This document shows, one piece after another, positions 8,300-17,629 of a stretch of DNA of 64,000 bases; the stretch's first letter is position 1; the number at the start of each line of letters is the position of its first letter. The position numbers and the translations under genes are program-made. Source of the stretch: an uncultured Acidobacteriota bacterium (GTDB lineage: Bacteria; Acidobacteriota; Thermoanaerobaculia; Multivoradales; UBA5704). Location: NCBI GenBank assembly GCA_963770895.1, contig CAVYRF010000002.1:4192001-4256000 (forward strand). The letters are read 5' to 3'. The notes under the pieces are model-generated. The model saw nothing but the letters and a program-made list of their open reading frames with translations. It was not told the DNA's origin and did not search any database.

Positions 8300-10576
8300 A
8301 TGCACCACCTCTCGCGACCTCAGATCCCGCCCCGATGGCCAGGCCGGAGCAGCGGCGCGCTCGCGGCCGCGGTGCTCGTGGGGGCGGCTCTTGCCGCGGG
8401 TTTCGCCGCGCCTCCGGCGGCGGCGCAGGGCAACGCCTTCGGCATGAACATCCACGAGCCGACCGGCTCGGACCTGACGCTGATCATGAACAAGCTGCAG
8501 GCGGCCGGCATCGGCTGGGCCAACATGTCGATCGTCTGGCCGTACGTCCAGCCGACGCAGGGGGCCTACGACTGGAGCACCTACGACGCCATCGTCGCCG
8601 CCGCCAAGGCGCACGGCATCACGCTGCTGGCCAGCCCGCTGTACACGCCCGATTGGGCGGCCAGCGCGCCGGCGCCGACCTGGACGGCGGTGCCGACGAC
8701 CGCGGCCTGGATGGACTTCTGCACCCAGGCGGCGACGCACTTCAAGGGATCGATCCAGTACTGGCAGATCTGGAACGAGCCCAACCAGGCGGAGTTCTGG
8801 GCCGGCACTCGCCAGCAGTACATCGACCAGCTGCTCATCCCGTGCGCCGACGCCATCCACGCCGCGGACCCCACCGCCCAGGTGGGAGGCCCGGCGCTGG
8901 CGCACCTGACCAGCGCCGACTGGTACGACTGGCTGACCGACGTGCTGCAGCAGGCCGGCCCCCACCTGGATTTTGTGACCCACCACACCTACGACACCGG
9001 CGGCAACAAGAACGTGACGCAGAAGCTGACGGCTTCGACGCTCTTCGGCGGCTCGCCGGACCTGTGGAGCCTGTCGCCGCCGTCGGTGCGCGAGGTGCTG
9101 CAGTACGTCGGGTGGTTTGGCAAGCCCTTCTGGCTGACCGAGACCGGCTGGGAGTCGCAGCCGATCGGCGAAGCGCAGCAGGCGGCCTACTACACCGGCA
9201 TGCTCAACGACTGGTTCAGCGGCCAGTCGGGGCAGACCTGGATGACGCGCATTTTCTTTTACGAGATGCAGGACCCGCCCAACAGCTCAACCTGGGGCAT
9301 CCTGAACGCCGACGGCACCCCCAAGGAGGCCTACTCCGCCTACCAGACCTTCATCTCCGGACAGGCGCCGCCGCCGCCGGCGGCCGACAACGCCACGCTG
9401 GTATCGGCCAACCTGCCGGTCACCATGGATGCCGGGCAGACCATCACGGTGCGCCTCACCTTCCAAAACAGCGGCACCTCGACCTGGACCGCCGCCAACA
9501 ACTACAAGCTGGGGGCGGTGGGGGACAACGATCCCTTCGCGGCGGCGCGGCAGCTGCTCAGCGCGTCGCAGCGGATCGCGCCCGGCCAGCAGGTGACGTT
9601 CAGCTTCCCGTTCACCGCGCCGGCCACCGCCGGCACCTACACCTCGTCGTGGCAGATGCTGCGCGAAGGGGTAACCTGGTTCGGCGCCACGACGACGCAG
9701 CAGGTGACCGTCAATCCGGCGCCGCCGGCGGCCGAGCGGACGCTGGCGCTGCTCGACCAGCGCTTCGCCGTGACCGTCAGCTGGCACGATCCGACCAGCG
9801 GCAACGCCGGCGACGGGATTGCGGTGCCCGACACCGACGAGACGGGTACTTTCTGGTTCTTTTCGTCGACCCAGGCCGACCTGGCGGCGAAGTTCGTCGA
9901 CGGGCGGGCGGTCAACAATCACTTCTGGTTTTTCTACGGCGCGCTGACCAACGTCGAGTACTGGATCACCGTGACCGACCTGCTGCGCGGGACGACGGCG
10001 ACCTATTACAACCCACCGGGCAACCTGTGCGGCCAGGCTGACACCTCGACGTTTGGCGACGAGCACTCGTCGGGCAAGCGCGCGCCGGCCGGCGCGGTGT
10101 CGGTGTCGGTGCCAGCGGCGGCGTCTGACGGCGAGGCGGCGGCACGCGGGCCGGCGGCCGAAAAGCCGCTGGCGTGGCGGTGGATGCAGGTGGCGGCGGC
10201 GCCGCCGGTGGCGACGCCGGCGGCGGCAGCCGCGCCCTCCTGTGCCGGCAGCGCGCAGGACCTGTGCCTGTTCGGCGACCGGTTCCAGGTGAGCGTCACC
10301 TGGCAGACGCCGTACGGCACCACGGGCGCCGGCATGGCGGAGACCTCCAACGAGGACAGCGGCACGTTCTCGTTCTTCGATCCGTCGGCCATCGACCTGG
10401 TGGTCAAGGTGGTCGACGGTCGGTCGGTGACCGGCAAGTTCTGGTTCTTCTACGGCGCGCTGACCAACGTCGCCTACACCATCACCCTGACCGACACCGT
10501 GACCGGCAGCTCGAAGCAGTACCAGAACGCGCAGGGCAACCTGTGCGGCCTGGGCGACACCAGCGCCCTGAACTGA
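8300..10576 (+). CDS. Secreted clan GH-A glycoside hydrolase (GH5/GH39-like) with NBR1-like Ig domain and two C-terminal repeat modules
   Basis: Signal peptide ending AAA-Q; WNEPN acid/base and WLTETGW nucleophile; QNSGTSTW...APGQ...GTYTSSWQM Ig domain; two ~105-aa repeats. Confidence 0.82.
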   Translation: MHHLSRPQIPPRWPGRSSGALAAAVLVGAALAAGFAAPPAAAQGNAFGMNIHEPTGSDLTLIMNKLQAAGIGWANMSIVWPYVQPTQGAYDWSTYDAIVAAAKAHGITLLASPLYTPDWAASAPAPTWTAVPTTAAWMDFCTQAATHFKGSIQYWQIWNEPNQAEFWAGTRQQYIDQLLIPCADAIHAADPTAQVGGPALAHLTSADWYDWLTDVLQQAGPHLDFVTHHTYDTGGNKNVTQKLTASTLFGGSPDLWSLSPPSVREVLQYVGWFGKPFWLTETGWESQPIGEAQQAAYYTGMLNDWFSGQSGQTWMTRIFFYEMQDPPNSSTWGILNADGTPKEAYSAYQTFISGQAPPPPAADNATLVSANLPVTMDAGQTITVRLTFQNSGTSTWTAANNYKLGAVGDNDPFAAARQLLSASQRIAPGQQVTFSFPFTAPATAGTYTSSWQMLREGVTWFGATTTQQVTVNPAPPAAERTLALLDQRFAVTVSWHDPTSGNAGDGIAVPDTDETGTFWFFSSTQADLAAKFVDGRAVNNHFWFFYGALTNVEYWITVTDLLRGTTATYYNPPGNLCGQADTSTFGDEHSSGKRAPAGAVSVSVPAAASDGEAAARGPAAEKPLAWRWMQVAAAPPVATPAAAAAPSCAGSAQDLCLFGDRFQVSVTWQTPYGTTGAGMAETSNEDSGTFSFFDPSAIDLVVKVVDGRSVTGKFWFFYGALTNVAYTITLTDTVTGSSKQYQNAQGNLCGLGDTSALN
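9734..10573 (+). repeat. Two diverged copies of a ~105-aa module (about 9734-10054 and 10241-10573)
   Basis: Both read RFxVxVxW...GTF(W/S)FF...DL..K.VDGR.V...FWFFYGALTNV.Y.IT.TD...Y.N..GNLCG..DTS. Confidence 0.85.
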
Positions 10577-10745
10577 CGGGCGGCAAGGCAGTTCGGCAGA
10601 GGAGCAGGTGCGAAAGGTGCGAAAAGATGCGTCCTGACGCAACCGCTCCTTGCCGGCCCTGCGCCGCGGCGCGCGACCGCACCCGCCGGAGCGTTTGGCA
10701 ACCGGTCCGCGGCAGGCGCCCCTCGGGACCGGGAAACGACTGTGT

Positions 10746-10775
10746 TTGACGGAAGATACGAGGCAGTGCTACCAT
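10746..10775 (+). promoter_or_regulatory. Sigma70-type promoter for the FHA-GGDEF gene
   Basis: TTGACG-N18-TACCAT with extended -10 TG at 10767. Confidence 0.55.
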
Positions 10776-10882
10776 TCTGACCCCATCGGCACCCTCGGGG
10801 GAGGACACGCCATTATTTGCTGTCAGCGGGCGAACGCCCGACTCACGTCTTCCTGTCTTCAAGCGATTTGAACTGGCGAACC

Positions 10883-11905
10883 ATGGACGAGCAGGCGCAC
10901 ACCTCTGACTCGAAGGCTGGCCGGGATATGGACCCGGACACCGACGGCATCGACCTGACGGCGCTCCAGGAGAGCGGCACCACGCAGTCGTTCGAAACCG
11001 CGACTCGCGAGCGCATCGAGCGCGGCGTGAGCCTGCCCGAATCGGAGGCGGACGTGATCCTGATCGCCCATCCCGATTCGCAGCGCCTGGGGTCGCGCTA
11101 CCGGCTGTCGCCGGGAACGGTGCTCGAAGTCGGCCGCTCGCCGGCGGTGGGGCTGAGCCTGCCCGAGGTGATGTCGGTGTCGCGCAAGCATGCGCGGCTG
11201 CGCTATGCCGGGCCGGTGGTGACGATCGAAGACCTGGGCTCGACCAATGGCACCTTCGTCAACGGGCGGCCCATCCAGGGGCGCACCGTGCTCAAGAGCG
11301 GCGACCGCTTTCAGACCGCCGCGGTGCATTTCAAGTTCCTGCACGAGCAGGACGTCGAAAGCGCCTATCACCTGGCGATCTACGAACTGGTGGCGCGCGA
11401 CGGGCTGACCGAGATCTTCAACAAGCGGAAGTACGAAGAAGAGGTGCAGCGCGAGTACGCGCGCGCCGTGCGCCACCACCGGCCGCTGTCGCTGGTGCTG
11501 TTCGATCTCGACGATTTCAAGCAGATCAACGACAGCTTCGGGCACCTGTGCGGCGACTTCGTGCTCAAGCAGGTGGCCTCCATCGCCCGCGAGCTGACGC
11601 GGCCCGAAGAGGTGCTGGCGCGGGTCGGAGGCGACGAATTTGCCATCCTGGCGCCCGAAACCGGCATCGCCGGCGCCGAAACCCTGGCGCTCAAGCTGCG
11701 CGAGCGCATCCAGGCGTACGAGCACCGCTACGGGGAAGTGAAGATCAGCGTCCGCTGCTCGTGCGGCGTCGCCGAGCTGGCGCCCGAGATGAGCTCGCCG
11801 CAGGATCTCTACCAGGCGGCGGACGCCGCGCTGCTGCTGTCCAAGCGCACCGGCCGCAACCGCGTCACCGTGCGCGGCGGCCAGCTGGCCGCCGGCGGCT
11901 CGTAG
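10883..11905 (+). CDS. FHA-domain diguanylate cyclase
   Basis: FHA VGRS...SRKHA...DLGSTNGTFVNG; DGLTEIFNKR, DLDDFKQINDSFGHLCGD, ARVGGDEF. Confidence 0.92.
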   Translation: MDEQAHTSDSKAGRDMDPDTDGIDLTALQESGTTQSFETATRERIERGVSLPESEADVILIAHPDSQRLGSRYRLSPGTVLEVGRSPAVGLSLPEVMSVSRKHARLRYAGPVVTIEDLGSTNGTFVNGRPIQGRTVLKSGDRFQTAAVHFKFLHEQDVESAYHLAIYELVARDGLTEIFNKRKYEEEVQREYARAVRHHRPLSLVLFDLDDFKQINDSFGHLCGDFVLKQVASIARELTRPEEVLARVGGDEFAILAPETGIAGAETLALKLRERIQAYEHRYGEVKISVRCSCGVAELAPEMSSPQDLYQAADAALLLSKRTGRNRVTVRGGQLAAGGS

Positions 11906-11926
11906 CCCCCACCCCCGCCGCGTCGC

Positions 11927-14131
11927 TCAGCGTGGCGCCCCGGCAGGCCCGGCGCCCCCGGCAGCCCCGGCACCCCCGGCAGGCATCGCCTGGTTGAGCA
12001 GGTAGGTCTTCAGGAAAACGATCGAAACCGTGCGCAGGTAGTCGATGTTGACCTTTTTCTGGTAGCCGTGGCCTTCGTCCTTGGCCGCGACGTACCAGAC
12101 GGGGATGCCGTTGGCTTCCACCGCGGCGACGATCTGGTCGGATTCCGACAGCGGCACGCGCGGGTCGTTGGCGCCGCCCGCCACCAACAGCGGCTTGCGG
12201 ATGTCGCCGGCGTGGTGGAGCGGCGCGATGCTCTCCAGGAACTGCCGCATCTTGGGATCGCGTTCGTCGCCGTATTCGACCCGGCGCAGGTCGCGGCGAT
12301 ACGACTGGGTGTGCTCGAGGAAGGTGACGAAGTTGCTGATGCCCACGGTGTCGAAGCCGCAGGCCAGGCGGTTGCTGTAGTGGGTCATGGCGGCGAGCGT
12401 CATGTAGCCGCCGTAGGAGCCGCCCGCCACCATCACGTGCGACGCGTCGAGGTCGGGCTGGGTGGCGATCCAGTCGAGCAGCGCGCCGATGTCCTTGACC
12501 GAGTCTTCGCGCTTGTCGGCGTTGTCCAGGGCCAGGTAGGTCTTGCCGTAGCCTGAAGAGCCGCGCACGTTGGGCGCGATGATGGCCACGCCCAGCTCGT
12601 CCACCAGGTAGTTGAGGCTGCCCAGGAAGTTGGGCCGGGTCTGCGCTTCGGGGCCGCCGTGGATGGTGATGTAGACCGGCCGCGGCCCCGGATAGCGGGC
12701 GGCGTCCGGCCGGTAGACGAAGGCCGGAATGGTGCGCCGCACGCCGCCGCTGCTGGCATCGCTGGCATTGCCGGGTTCGCCGGCGTGGACCGTGTCGAAC
12801 GTCGGATAGCGCACCAGCGCCGGCACGGCGAAGCGCCGCGGGTCCAGGCCGCCGGTTTCGCTGGCCGTCCAGCGCTCGACGCGCCCCGCGTCGACGTCGC
12901 AGGAGTAGACGTCGAACGGCGCGCGCGCCCAGCTCAAGGCGAAGGCCAGCTCGTGGGTGCCGCGCCGGAAGCGCGGTTCGGTCGCCACCCCCTGCGGCAG
13001 CTCCGGCACCGCCAGCTCGGCGCCGGTGGCGGTGTTCAGGACGTGCAGGCGGCTGATGCCTTCCTCGTTGGCGAAAAACGCCAGGCGGGCGCCGTCGCTC
13101 GACAGGTCCAGGCTCTCCACGTCCCACGGCAGGGCGCCGGGCAGCGCGGTTTCGGCGCCCGTGGCGACGTCGAGGCGCACCAGATGCAGAAACTCGCCTT
13201 CCCGGTTGCTGGCGGTGTAGACGCTGGCGCCGTCCGGGGACCAGCGCGCCATCTGGTAGTACGCGGTCGGGCCGGGCCGTCGCGGCGTCAGGGCCGAAAC
13301 CTTGCCGGTGGCGATGTCCACCACCTGCAGGTACGACTCGGCGACGGAGATGGTGTGCAGCAGCAGCAGCCGCCGGTCGTCCGGGCTCCAGTCGAGGGTC
13401 TCCCAATCGCCCTCGTGCTCGGCCACCCGCCGCTCGCTGCCGGCCTGCGACGGGTCGGCCACGTACAGGTCGAAGTCGCGCCCGTTGCGCGCGTTGGACA
13501 GGTACGCCAGGAGCTTGCCGGAGCGCGACCACAAGGGCGCCTGGTGGCGGTGCACGCCGTCGGTGATGCGGCGGGTGTGGCCGCTGCGGCGGTCGAGCAG
13601 CATCAGCTGGAAGTTTTCGCTGCCGCCCGGATTGAGCGAAAAGAGCACCTGCGAGGGATCGCCCGGCCGGTATGCGGCGGTGTTGATCTGGTCGTCGTAA
13701 AAGGTGACCTGGGAGCGCGCGCCGAGCGGCGCCGCCACCTCGTGCACCTGTGCCGCCTGGCCGAAGCGGGTCAGGATCAGCATGCGCCGTCCCTGGGTAT
13801 CCCAATCGGCGAAAGCGGCGCTGCGCATGTTCTCGTGGGCACGCAGCTCTTCGGTCGCGGCTCGCGGAATCGCCGGCACATGGCGCGCCACGATGCTTTC
13901 AGGAGTCGGCAGCAGCTCGTCCGGCGCCATGGAGGCCCCGGCGCTGGTGGTCGCCACCTGGATCGGCGGCGTGGCCGGCTTGGCGCCGGCGGGCAGGGAT
14001 GCGGTGGCGGGGGCCGCCGCCGTGGCAGCGGCCGCGTGAGCAGCGGATTGGGTCATCATGGTTACCGGTGGCAGCGCCACAAGAGCAAGCAGCCATGCAC
14101 GGGAGGTGCGGCGCAGCGGCATGGAAAGCAT
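11927..14131 (-). CDS. S9-family (prolyl oligopeptidase/acylaminoacyl) peptidase with beta-propeller, secreted
   Basis: Signal peptide; WSPD repeats; IHGGPE, NVRGSSGYG, GGSYGG nucleophile, NDPRVP, DEGHG. Confidence 0.92.
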   Translation of the reverse strand: MLSMPLRRTSRAWLLALVALPPVTMMTQSAAHAAAATAAAPATASLPAGAKPATPPIQVATTSAGASMAPDELLPTPESIVARHVPAIPRAATEELRAHENMRSAAFADWDTQGRRMLILTRFGQAAQVHEVAAPLGARSQVTFYDDQINTAAYRPGDPSQVLFSLNPGGSENFQLMLLDRRSGHTRRITDGVHRHQAPLWSRSGKLLAYLSNARNGRDFDLYVADPSQAGSERRVAEHEGDWETLDWSPDDRRLLLLHTISVAESYLQVVDIATGKVSALTPRRPGPTAYYQMARWSPDGASVYTASNREGEFLHLVRLDVATGAETALPGALPWDVESLDLSSDGARLAFFANEEGISRLHVLNTATGAELAVPELPQGVATEPRFRRGTHELAFALSWARAPFDVYSCDVDAGRVERWTASETGGLDPRRFAVPALVRYPTFDTVHAGEPGNASDASSGGVRRTIPAFVYRPDAARYPGPRPVYITIHGGPEAQTRPNFLGSLNYLVDELGVAIIAPNVRGSSGYGKTYLALDNADKREDSVKDIGALLDWIATQPDLDASHVMVAGGSYGGYMTLAAMTHYSNRLACGFDTVGISNFVTFLEHTQSYRRDLRRVEYGDERDPKMRQFLESIAPLHHAGDIRKPLLVAGGANDPRVPLSESDQIVAAVEANGIPVWYVAAKDEGHGYQKKVNIDYLRTVSIVFLKTYLLNQAMPAGGAGAAGGAGPAGAPR

Positions 14132-14236
14132 CGGTCCTCCGCAAGGTACGCCAGCGATCGAACCGCGAGTCTAGCAGGGTCGCGGCGTCTTGGCGCGCCG
14201 CCTGGCGCCCAGCGTGCCGGGCGCGCGGGCGGGCGC

Positions 14237-14998
14237 TCAGGGTGCGCGGCGATCCAGGCGGCGGGCGACCAGCAGGAACTGGCGCGCCCAGCGGCTGCAC
14301 GCGCCGGGGGGGGCAGGGCGTTCGCGGCGGTGGGCGGTGACGAGCGACGGCATGGCGAGCGGGCCGATCGTGAGGTGGTGGCCGTAGAACAGCTGGCGGT
14401 CGATGGTGAAGCCTGCGGTGCCGAGGGCGGCGGTGAGGGATGGAGGATCGTGGGCGGTGAAGCGGCCTTGGGTGAAGCGGCGTCGCCAGCCCAGCGCCTT
14501 GGCTGCGACGAGCAGCAGGCTGCCGCGGTTCATGGCGGTCAGGCAGAGCGTGCCGCCGGGCGCCAGGACGCGGGCGGCTTCGGCGAGGAAGGCTGCCGGG
14601 TTGGGCAGGTAGCCGAGCAACGAGACGGCCGTCAGGCCGTGGCAGCAGGCGTTCGGCAGGGCGAGGGCCGCAACGTCGCCGGTGAAAAAGGCGATGCCGG
14701 CGTCGTGCGTGCGGGTGTCCTGGCTGGCCGCGGGCCAGGCGTCGGCGCCGCGCCGCCAGCGGTGCCGTGCGTAGGCGGCCATGCGCGGGTCGCGATCGCA
14801 GGCTACGACGCGCGCGCCGTGCGCAGCCAGGGCGGCGGCCAGGTGGCCGGTGCCGCTGCCGGCGTCGACCCAGAGGTCGCCGGGGCGCAGGCGCGGGGCG
14901 CACTCCTCCAGACATAGCTCCAGGCCGCGGCGGAACAGGGCGCCGCCGGCGTCGGGCCGGTCGTGCACCTGCGCCCAGGCCGCGGGGTCAAGGCGCAT
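14237..14998 (-). CDS. Class I SAM-dependent methyltransferase
   Basis: VDAGSGTG, ACDRDPRM, GDVAALALP, ARVLAPGG; ATG 14998 overlaps the upstream stop. Confidence 0.85.
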   Translation of the reverse strand: MRLDPAAWAQVHDRPDAGGALFRRGLELCLEECAPRLRPGDLWVDAGSGTGHLAAALAAHGARVVACDRDPRMAAYARHRWRRGADAWPAASQDTRTHDAGIAFFTGDVAALALPNACCHGLTAVSLLGYLPNPAAFLAEAARVLAPGGTLCLTAMNRGSLLLVAAKALGWRRRFTQGRFTAHDPPSLTAALGTAGFTIDRQLFYGHHLTIGPLAMPSLVTAHRRERPAPPGACSRWARQFLLVARRLDRRAP

Positions 14999-16709
14999 GG
15001 TCGTCCTCGGGCGCGGCGGCGGCCGGTTGCGGCGCGGCGGACGGATCGTCGGCCGCGGGCAGGACGCGCCGGATCTTGTGGCCGGCGCCGGTTTGCAGCG
15101 GCCGGCGCTCGATGGTGAGGGCGCCGCCGGCGAACCAGAGCTTGGCGGCGAGGGCGCCGCCGGGCAGCTGGGGGAGGGTTTGGCACAAGATCGCTTGCAG
15201 GGCTTGGGGCGCGACGGGGCTGGGTGGGGCGAGCGCGATGCGCAGGCGGCCGTTGGGATCGCCGGCGGCGGCGTCCAGCAGCTGGATCTGGAAGTCGTCG
15301 GGGCTGCCGCCCAGGGTCGCGACCGCTTGCTCGACCAGGCGGGCAAAGTCGAGCTGTCCCAGCTTCACGCCTTCGGCGGACAGCTTGGTGGGGTTGTGGA
15401 CCTGGCTGACGTGCAGGGAGAGGCCGGCGCGCCCCAGGGCACAGTCGCAGGCGTGGCGGCGCAGGGTGCCGTGGTCGCCCAGCTCGACGTTCAACAGGAC
15501 TTTGGGCGCGGCCAGGGAGAGCGAGGTGAAGGCGAGGGGGCCGCGGGCGGCGCCGGCACCTCGGTCGTGGTCGTCGGAGCCGCGGGGGTCCGGGTCGCCG
15601 CCGAGGATGGCCAGGCGGTCGGCGTAGACGTGCATTTCGTCGCCCTGTGCGGCGGGGCAGGCGCCGGCGATGAAGCCGGTTTCGGTGGCGACGTAGCGGG
15701 CGACGACGCGCGCTCCCGCTGCCTCCAGGTCGGCGCGGCGCGCGTCGGTGAGCGGCTCGCCGCCGGCGAAGACGACGGTGCCGGAGAGGTCCAGGCCGGC
15801 CTTGCGGGCGGCGCGGCCGACGCGGGCAGCGGCGCCGGCGAAGCATTTGAGCGCGGCCGGGCGGGGCGCCGCCGCCAGCCAGCGGGCGATCGCTGCGGCG
15901 TCGTCGGCCTGCACCCATTCGATCGCGGGGCCCAGGCGGGGCAGCAGCCGGCGGGCCAGGCGCCAGGCGCGTTCGACGCGGAACGCCGTGCCGTCGGCGG
16001 GGCGGGGCGGCGAACCCGGCGCGAACCAGCGCGCCGGCGGGCGGCCCAGCTTGGCGTGGACCAGCAGGTTGTGCAGGCCGGCGATGCCCGGCGGTCCGGG
16101 AAGCCAGAAGGCCAGGGGCGCCGCGGTCAGGCCGTGGCTGGCGAGCAGCAGCGCCTCGTCGGCCGCTTCCTGCTCCAGGAAGGGCCAGCCGTAGCGGACC
16201 GGCAGGCGTCCCGCTCCTGTCGAGCCGCTGGTGGCGCCGGCGACGCCGCCGCCCAGGTGCGGATTGTCGAAGTCGCCGGCGGTCAGGTGCAGCTCCAGGC
16301 CGGCGCGGCGCAGCGGCGCGCTGCCGCGGAACTCGTCGGCGGTGACGACGACACCGGCATCGCGCAGGTGCGCGAGCGTCGCTTCGAGGCCGTCCGCCGC
16401 CACCATGCCGCGCAGGTCGCCCGGTTCGCAGCCAGCCCAGACCAGCAGGCGCCGGAAGGGGCTTGCCGGCACGCTCCAGACCAGGCGGTCGAGCGACGCC
16501 AGGAAGGCCGCCTCGCCGGCCCGTCCGCAAGGCTCGCGATCCTGGTGATCGTTCTGATCGTTGCGGTCGCCGGCCTGGCCCGCCGGTGCCGGCTGGCCCA
16601 GGCGATCGGCAACCGCCCGCGCCGCGGCAGCCAGGGAGAGCGGGCGGCGCAGGAAGCCGGGCAGGCCCGCGGCCTGGCGGGCGAGAGCGAAGTCGTCGCG
16701 CCAGGGCAT
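14988..16709 (-). CDS. PaaK/ANL-like adenylate-forming enzyme (divergent)
   Basis: TSGSTG (A3 loop), FAGGEPL, YVATETG (A5-like), NVELGDHG, CDC; ATG 16709. Confidence 0.72.
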   Translation of the reverse strand: MPWRDDFALARQAAGLPGFLRRPLSLAAAARAVADRLGQPAPAGQAGDRNDQNDHQDREPCGRAGEAAFLASLDRLVWSVPASPFRRLLVWAGCEPGDLRGMVAADGLEATLAHLRDAGVVVTADEFRGSAPLRRAGLELHLTAGDFDNPHLGGGVAGATSGSTGAGRLPVRYGWPFLEQEAADEALLLASHGLTAAPLAFWLPGPPGIAGLHNLLVHAKLGRPPARWFAPGSPPRPADGTAFRVERAWRLARRLLPRLGPAIEWVQADDAAAIARWLAAAPRPAALKCFAGAAARVGRAARKAGLDLSGTVVFAGGEPLTDARRADLEAAGARVVARYVATETGFIAGACPAAQGDEMHVYADRLAILGGDPDPRGSDDHDRGAGAARGPLAFTSLSLAAPKVLLNVELGDHGTLRRHACDCALGRAGLSLHVSQVHNPTKLSAEGVKLGQLDFARLVEQAVATLGGSPDDFQIQLLDAAAGDPNGRLRIALAPPSPVAPQALQAILCQTLPQLPGGALAAKLWFAGGALTIERRPLQTGAGHKIRRVLPAADDPSAAPQPAAAAPEDDHAP

Positions 16710-16744
16710 GGTGTGGTGTCGTCCGGTCGGCGCTTCGTCTAGCG

Positions 16745-17608
16745 CTAGATCCCGGCAGCGTGCAGGAAGCGCAGGTCGCGGAAGTCCTCCGCCGGGGGGA
16801 TGCTGGGCACGTAGCGCAGGTCGGCCATCAGCGTCAGGATGGCCGCCATGGCGTCGTCGTTCTGGATGGCGCGCGGGTCGGGGCGGTTGGCGGCCAGCGC
16901 CAGCTCGATGATCGCGGCGCTGACGCCGATGAACGTTTCGCCCGCCCGCGCCGCTTCGGCCGGAGCTTCGACGACGCGGCGGGCGGCCGCCACGTGGGCT
17001 GCCACCATGCGGCCGACCAGGTCGGGATCGCGCTCGATCATGGCCCGCGTCGTGGTCAGCGAGCAGCCGGGAGCGCCGGGCCAGACGTCGCGCGTGCGCA
17101 GCAGCACGCGGCCGAGGCCGCGGTGCTCCAGCATGGTGGCGTAGGGCTCTACCATCGCGGCGGCATCGGCGCCCAGACCGACGAAGCTGAGGATCGCGCC
17201 GTCGCCCGAGGGTTGGCGCACCAGGCGCACGTCGCGCAGATCCAGGCGGCGCAGCAGCGCCATCGCGGTCAGGTCCTTGATGCCGCCCTCCTGCGGCACC
17301 GCGACGCTGCGGATCGCCGCCGGGCCTGCGATCCCGGATTGCAGCACCAGCGCGGCTTCCTCGACGCCCGAGCCGGCGATCAGCACCATGCGCTGGCCGC
17401 CGGTGGCGGTGTCGGCGGCGACGCGGGTCCAGGGGATGAGGGCGAAATCGACGTCTCCCGCGCGCAGCCGGTCGGGCACCGCCCAGGCCGTGGGCGCCAC
17501 CTGGGGCTCGGCCGTGATGCCCTGGGCCGCGAACAGCCCCTGCTCGATGGCCACATAGGCTGGGAGCTGGCAGACGCCGCGCAACAGGGCAAGACGCACT
17601 CGCTTCAT
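16745..17608 (-). CDS. NMT1/SsuA-type binding-protein-fold protein lacking a signal peptide
   Basis: LPAYVAIEQGLF, LRAGDVDFA, ADAAAMVEPY, IERDPDLV; no hydrophobic leader or lipobox; RBS GAGGGA. Confidence 0.75.
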   Translation of the reverse strand: MKRVRLALLRGVCQLPAYVAIEQGLFAAQGITAEPQVAPTAWAVPDRLRAGDVDFALIPWTRVAADTATGGQRMVLIAGSGVEEAALVLQSGIAGPAAIRSVAVPQEGGIKDLTAMALLRRLDLRDVRLVRQPSGDGAILSFVGLGADAAAMVEPYATMLEHRGLGRVLLRTRDVWPGAPGCSLTTTRAMIERDPDLVGRMVAAHVAAARRVVEAPAEAARAGETFIGVSAAIIELALAANRPDPRAIQNDDAMAAILTLMADLRYVPSIPPAEDFRDLRFLHAAGI

Positions 17609-17629
17609 GGTTCCCTCGTCCTTTCGGTC

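Noticed and set aside
10577-10882. c-di-GMP riboswitch upstream of the cyclase
   Set aside because: Only short hairpins; I could not match the class I or II consensus by eye. An Infernal/Rfam scan would settle it.
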